Positions 7,806 to 11,307 of a stretch of DNA of 11,307 nucleotides are shown here, piece by piece. The notes beneath the pieces are model-generated. The model was not told the origin of the DNA. It was given only the letters and a program-made list of their open reading frames with translations, and ran no database searches. The translations under genes and the position numbers were made by a program. Origin of the DNA: Nitrospirota bacterium (GTDB lineage Bacteria > Nitrospirota > Thermodesulfovibrionia > Thermodesulfovibrionales > UBA9159); contig CAVOUE010000008.1 of the NCBI GenBank assembly GCA_963699545.1, forward strand, positions 1-11,307. The letters are read 5' to 3'. Numbering within the stretch: position 1 is the stretch's first letter; each line of letters begins with the position of its first letter.

Positions 7806-9956
7806 ATGAACGAGCAACATATCGGAAAAATAGCCGGCGAACTCAATCTCGCGCAAAGTTATATAAAGGCAACGGCCACCCTTCTTGATGAAGGTGCGAC
7901 AATCCCCTTTATTGCCCGCTACAGGAAGGAAGCCACGGGCTCCCTTGATGAAGTATCTATTACAGCGATCAGAGACCGCCTTGAACAGCTGGCCCAGTTG
8001 GATGGTAGAAGAGAAGCCATTCTTCATTCCCTCGAAGAGAGAGGTCTTCTGACTGATGCATTGAAAGATCAACTCAACGCAGCCGAAACCATGGCTGTTC
8101 TGGAGGACCTGTACCTGCCCTTTCGCCCCAAGCGGAGAACGCGGGCCACCATTGCCAGAGAGAAAGGCCTCGAGCCACTGGCGCAGCGTCTTTTTTCTCA
8201 GGACGGCATCGACCCCGTGAACCTCGATCCTCTTGGTGAGGCTTCCGGCTTCATCGACGTTGAAAAGGGGGTTCATTCTCCCGAAGAAGCCCTTGCAGGA
8301 GCCCGGGACATTATTGCCGAGTGGATAAGCGAAGATGCACCGGCTCGGTCTTCCATTCGTGATCTCCTGCTCCAAAAGGCCCGCTTCAGCTCGAAGGTGA
8401 TCACCGGCAAAGAGGGAGAGGGAGTCAAGTACAGGGACTACTATGACTGGGAAGAACCCGTCAGAAATGCTCCCTCACACCGGATACTCGCCATGAGACG
8501 GGGAGAAAGAGAAGGGTTTCTCGTACTTCGCCTTGTTGCGCCTGACGATGAGGCCCTGGCCCTCTTGAGGACCCGTTTTGTAAAAGGAGATAACCCGGCC
8601 TCGGGCCAGGTGCAAGAAGCCCTTGAAGACGGTTATCAGCGACTCCTCTTTCCTTCCATGGAAACGGAAGTACGTACGGTTACGAAAGAACGGGCCGATG
8701 AAGAGGCTATAAGGGTCTTTGCAGAAAATCTTCGTCAGCTTCTCCTGGCTCCTCCTCTGGGAGAAAAAAATGTTCTTGCCATCGATCCGGGTTTCCGCAC
8801 AGGGTGTAAAGTTGTCTGCCTCGACAGACAGGGCAAACTCCTGCATACCGACACGATCTTTCCCCACAAATCGGAGAAAGAACGGTCTGAGGCCGCGGAG
8901 ACAGTGATTGAACTTTGCGGACGCTTCCACGTGGAGGCCATAGCAGTGGGGAATGGAACAGCGGGGCGGGAAACGGAGACCTTTCTGAACGGGCTTGGCC
9001 TGTCCCGACAGATTCAGATTATCAGTGTCAACGAGAGCGGGGCATCTGTATACTCTGCATCGGAAGCAGCTCGGGATGAATTCCCTGATCGGGATATAAC
9101 GGTGCGCGGTGCTGTTTCCATCGGCAGGCGCCTTTTGGACCCACTCGCGGAACTGGTTAAGATCGATCCCAAGTCCATCGGGGTGGGCCAATACCAGCAC
9201 GATGTGGATCAGCCTGCCTTGAAAAGAAGCCTTGATGACATTGTCATGAGCTGCGTCAACGCCGTGGGTGTGGAGGTCAATACGGCAAGCAAGCAACTCC
9301 TTGCCTATGTGTCCGGGTTGGGTCCGGCTTTGGCCAAGACGATTGTGGCATACCGCGACGAACATGGCCCCTTCATTACCAGAAAAGCATTAAAAAAGGT
9401 ACCCCGCCTGGGGCCTAAGGCATTTGAGCAGGCAGCAGGATTTCTGCGGATTCGAGGCGCGTCCAACCCCCTTGATGCAAGCGCAGTGCACCCCGAAAGC
9501 TACCCGATTGTCGAGGCGATGGCAGCAGACCTCGGGTGTTCAGTAAGGGACCTCATAACCAGCGAAGGTTTCCGGAACCAGATTGATTTGAAACGATACA
9601 TGAGCGAGAAGGCGGGTCTACCCACACTGAAGGATATCATGGCTGAGCTTGCCCGGCCAGGACGGGACCCAAGGGAGCAGTTTGAGACCTTTGCCTTTGC
9701 TGAAGGTATTGAAAAGATAGAGGATCTTAGGCCGGGTTTGAAGCTTCCCGGCATCATCACAAACATCACGGCCTTTGGCGCCTTTGTGGATATTGGTGTT
9801 CACCAGGACGGTCTGATCCATGTGAGCCAACTCTCAAACCGTTTTGTTAAGGCTGCGACGGACGTGGTGAAGGTTCACCAGAAAGTGATGGTAACCGTGC
9901 TCAGTGTGGACGTGGAACGTAAACGTATTGCCCTTACCATGAAGGACACCTCTTAA
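7806..9956 (+). CDS. tex: Tex family RNA-binding transcriptional accessory protein
   Basis: LLDEGATIPFIARYRKEATG, EDLYLPFRPKRRTRA, YqgF-like LAIDPGFRTGCK, VNESGASVYSAS, DPKSIGVGQYQHDV, HhH repeats and a C-terminal S1 domain (FGAFVDIGVHQDGLIHVS). GAGG SD. Confidence 0.97.
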   Translation: MNEQHIGKIAGELNLAQSYIKATATLLDEGATIPFIARYRKEATGSLDEVSITAIRDRLEQLAQLDGRREAILHSLEERGLLTDALKDQLNAAETMAVLEDLYLPFRPKRRTRATIAREKGLEPLAQRLFSQDGIDPVNLDPLGEASGFIDVEKGVHSPEEALAGARDIIAEWISEDAPARSSIRDLLLQKARFSSKVITGKEGEGVKYRDYYDWEEPVRNAPSHRILAMRRGEREGFLVLRLVAPDDEALALLRTRFVKGDNPASGQVQEALEDGYQRLLFPSMETEVRTVTKERADEEAIRVFAENLRQLLLAPPLGEKNVLAIDPGFRTGCKVVCLDRQGKLLHTDTIFPHKSEKERSEAAETVIELCGRFHVEAIAVGNGTAGRETETFLNGLGLSRQIQIISVNESGASVYSASEAARDEFPDRDITVRGAVSIGRRLLDPLAELVKIDPKSIGVGQYQHDVDQPALKRSLDDIVMSCVNAVGVEVNTASKQLLAYVSGLGPALAKTIVAYRDEHGPFITRKALKKVPRLGPKAFEQAAGFLRIRGASNPLDASAVHPESYPIVEAMAADLGCSVRDLITSEGFRNQIDLKRYMSEKAGLPTLKDIMAELARPGRDPREQFETFAFAEGIEKIEDLRPGLKLPGIITNITAFGAFVDIGVHQDGLIHVSQLSNRFVKAATDVVKVHQKVMVTVLSVDVERKRIALTMKDTS

Positions 9957-9972
9957 AGGTTTGAGACAAAAC

Positions 9973-10539
9973 TTACACCTGAGCGTTTTTCTTACCGGCA
10001 TTGTGAAGGTGGTAGAGAAAGAAGGCTGATGATTCGAGGCTAGTCGTATACATGAAAGCCTCTTCGAGCGTTTCACCCCGTGCAAAACTCCCGTGGCCTC
10101 GGACGAGGACAATCTTGTGTTCTTTAAGTTGCTCGCTCACCAGTTGCGCTGCTTCCTCGGAGCCGATGGTCTTCACAGGTGTTACAACTGGGATTCTTTT
10201 GAAGAAATAAGTGCCTTCAGAATCGACGGGAACAATCTCGTCCTTGAGCATGGAGAGCAAGGTTGCATAGGGTGGATGGGCATGAATAATGGCAAGGGCA
10301 CTCGTATTCTTATATATTGCCGTATGGACAACCAACTCTGTTGATGCATTAAGGACCTGGGAGTTATCCTGGTTGAGGTCCAGTTCAATGACATCTTGCT
10401 GCCTGAGCTTTCCAAGCATCGAGGCCCGTCTCGTAATGTAGATCCGATCCACGACCCTTGCGCTCATGTTGCCGGCGTGAGAACTGATGAGACCCCGCAG
10501 GAATATGTCTCTTCCTATTTCTTTAAATTGCTCAAACAT
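9973..10539 (-). CDS. Class II aldolase/adducin family protein (FucA/MtnB fold), substrate unknown
   Basis: GLISSHAGNMS, ASTELVVHTAIY, and the Zn ligands IIHAHPP and VRGHG. An alternative start lies at 10551. Confidence 0.92.
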   Translation of the reverse strand: MFEQFKEIGRDIFLRGLISSHAGNMSARVVDRIYITRRASMLGKLRQQDVIELDLNQDNSQVLNASTELVVHTAIYKNTSALAIIHAHPPYATLLSMLKDEIVPVDSEGTYFFKRIPVVTPVKTIGSEEAAQLVSEQLKEHKIVLVRGHGSFARGETLEEAFMYTTSLESSAFFLYHLHNAGKKNAQV

Positions 10540-10637
10540 TGCCGTTTCCATCGCTGAAATTCACAGCCTGTCCCACCATAAGCTGGATTGCCCCCACCAG
10601 CAGAGTTTATATTTTTTATCATAAAAGCCCTAACAAG

Positions 10638-11183
10638 TTAAGAGTCTCTTTGCGAGGTTTGTGTCTTCGTCACGATCTCATCCATGCTGATTTTCCTAAT
10701 GAGCTCCACAGATTGCCCCCCTTCTATTTTATTGAGAAATGTTGCAAGGGGCCGTCGTAGACCGGGATGGATTATTTGCGGATCAATTTCAAGGCAGGGA
10801 ACTATGGCAAACTTCCGTTTGTGGAGTTCTGCGTGAGGAATGGTAAGTGAGTGTTCCTGGAGGACAAGATTTCCAAAAAGAAGTATATCAAGATCGATGA
10901 TCCTTGGGCCGTCTTTTATGCCGTCCCGTATTCTTCCCATACGGTTTTCGATTCCCATGAGAAATTCAAGGAGGGAAAGAGGTGATCCTGCCCATGAGAC
11001 GAAGGCAGCGCAGTTGATGAAATCGCCCTGTGAAATATCGGATACAGGTGATGTACGATAAAGAGACGATACACCTTGCAGGCGAAGCCGACCATCCTTA
11101 TTCATTTCTTTAATACTTCTGATGCAATTTCCCTGGCTATCACCAACGTTAGAACCTATACCAATAAATACCCTGTCTTTCAT
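10638..11183 (-). CDS. folK: 2-amino-4-hydroxy-6-hydroxymethyldihydropteridine diphosphokinase (HPPK)
   Basis: FIGIGSNVGD, SSLYRTSPV, QGDFIN, IENRMGR, GPRIIDLDILL and LTIPH...RKF motifs. AAGGGG SD. Confidence 0.96.
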   Translation of the reverse strand: MKDRVFIGIGSNVGDSQGNCIRSIKEMNKDGRLRLQGVSSLYRTSPVSDISQGDFINCAAFVSWAGSPLSLLEFLMGIENRMGRIRDGIKDGPRIIDLDILLFGNLVLQEHSLTIPHAELHKRKFAIVPCLEIDPQIIHPGLRRPLATFLNKIEGGQSVELIRKISMDEIVTKTQTSQRDS

Positions 11184-11203
11184 GCCAACCCCTTATATCA
11201 TCC

Positions 11204-11307
11204 TTAAGGTTTGTTTGTCGTAGTTGTAGTGCCTGTTGTGTTAGCAGGCTCCGTCTTCTTGGAATCTTTGGGCTCAGTTTTAAGAACAGTCCTAATAGCC
11301 TCGATTT
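11204..11307 (-). CDS. 3' end of an upstream gene (partial), product unknown
   Basis: Open frame from the window edge, IEAIRTVLKTEPKDSKKTEPANTTGTTTTTNKP, ending in TAA 20 nt before the folK start. Low-complexity Thr/Lys-rich tail. Confidence 0.55.
   Translation of the reverse strand, partial: IEAIRTVLKTEPKDSKKTEPANTTGTTTTTNKP

Noticed and set aside
7785..9830. Long antisense ORFs within tex (196 aa and 296 aa)
   Set aside because: They have no recognisable motifs and are explained as shadows of the tex reading frame.

Overview
Bacterial chromosomal window made mostly of housekeeping genes. The gene set suggests an anaerobic Desulfobacterota/deltaproteobacterium-like organism, but that assignment is an inference. 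The left part (minus strand) is a LolD-type ABC ATPase, a large two-module FtsX/MacB-type permease broken by many frameshifts, and the N-terminus of a probable secreted AttH/lipocalin-like protein. Next come a small, apparently leaderless orphan ORF and the conserved tRNA-Ser(GGA)-ffs(SRP RNA)-dnaX-ybaB/ebfC-recR block. These are followed by a convergent transaldolase, tex, and a minus-strand run of a partial unknown gene, folK and a class II (Zn) aldolase. I saw no mobile element, CRISPR array or defence system. The best leads are the folK/class II aldolase pairing (possible non-orthologous FolB substitute), the GC-shifted and frameshift-rich core of the permease (probably an assembly artefact or mosaic), five degenerate heptamer arrays in two spacers, and the leaderless small ORF.
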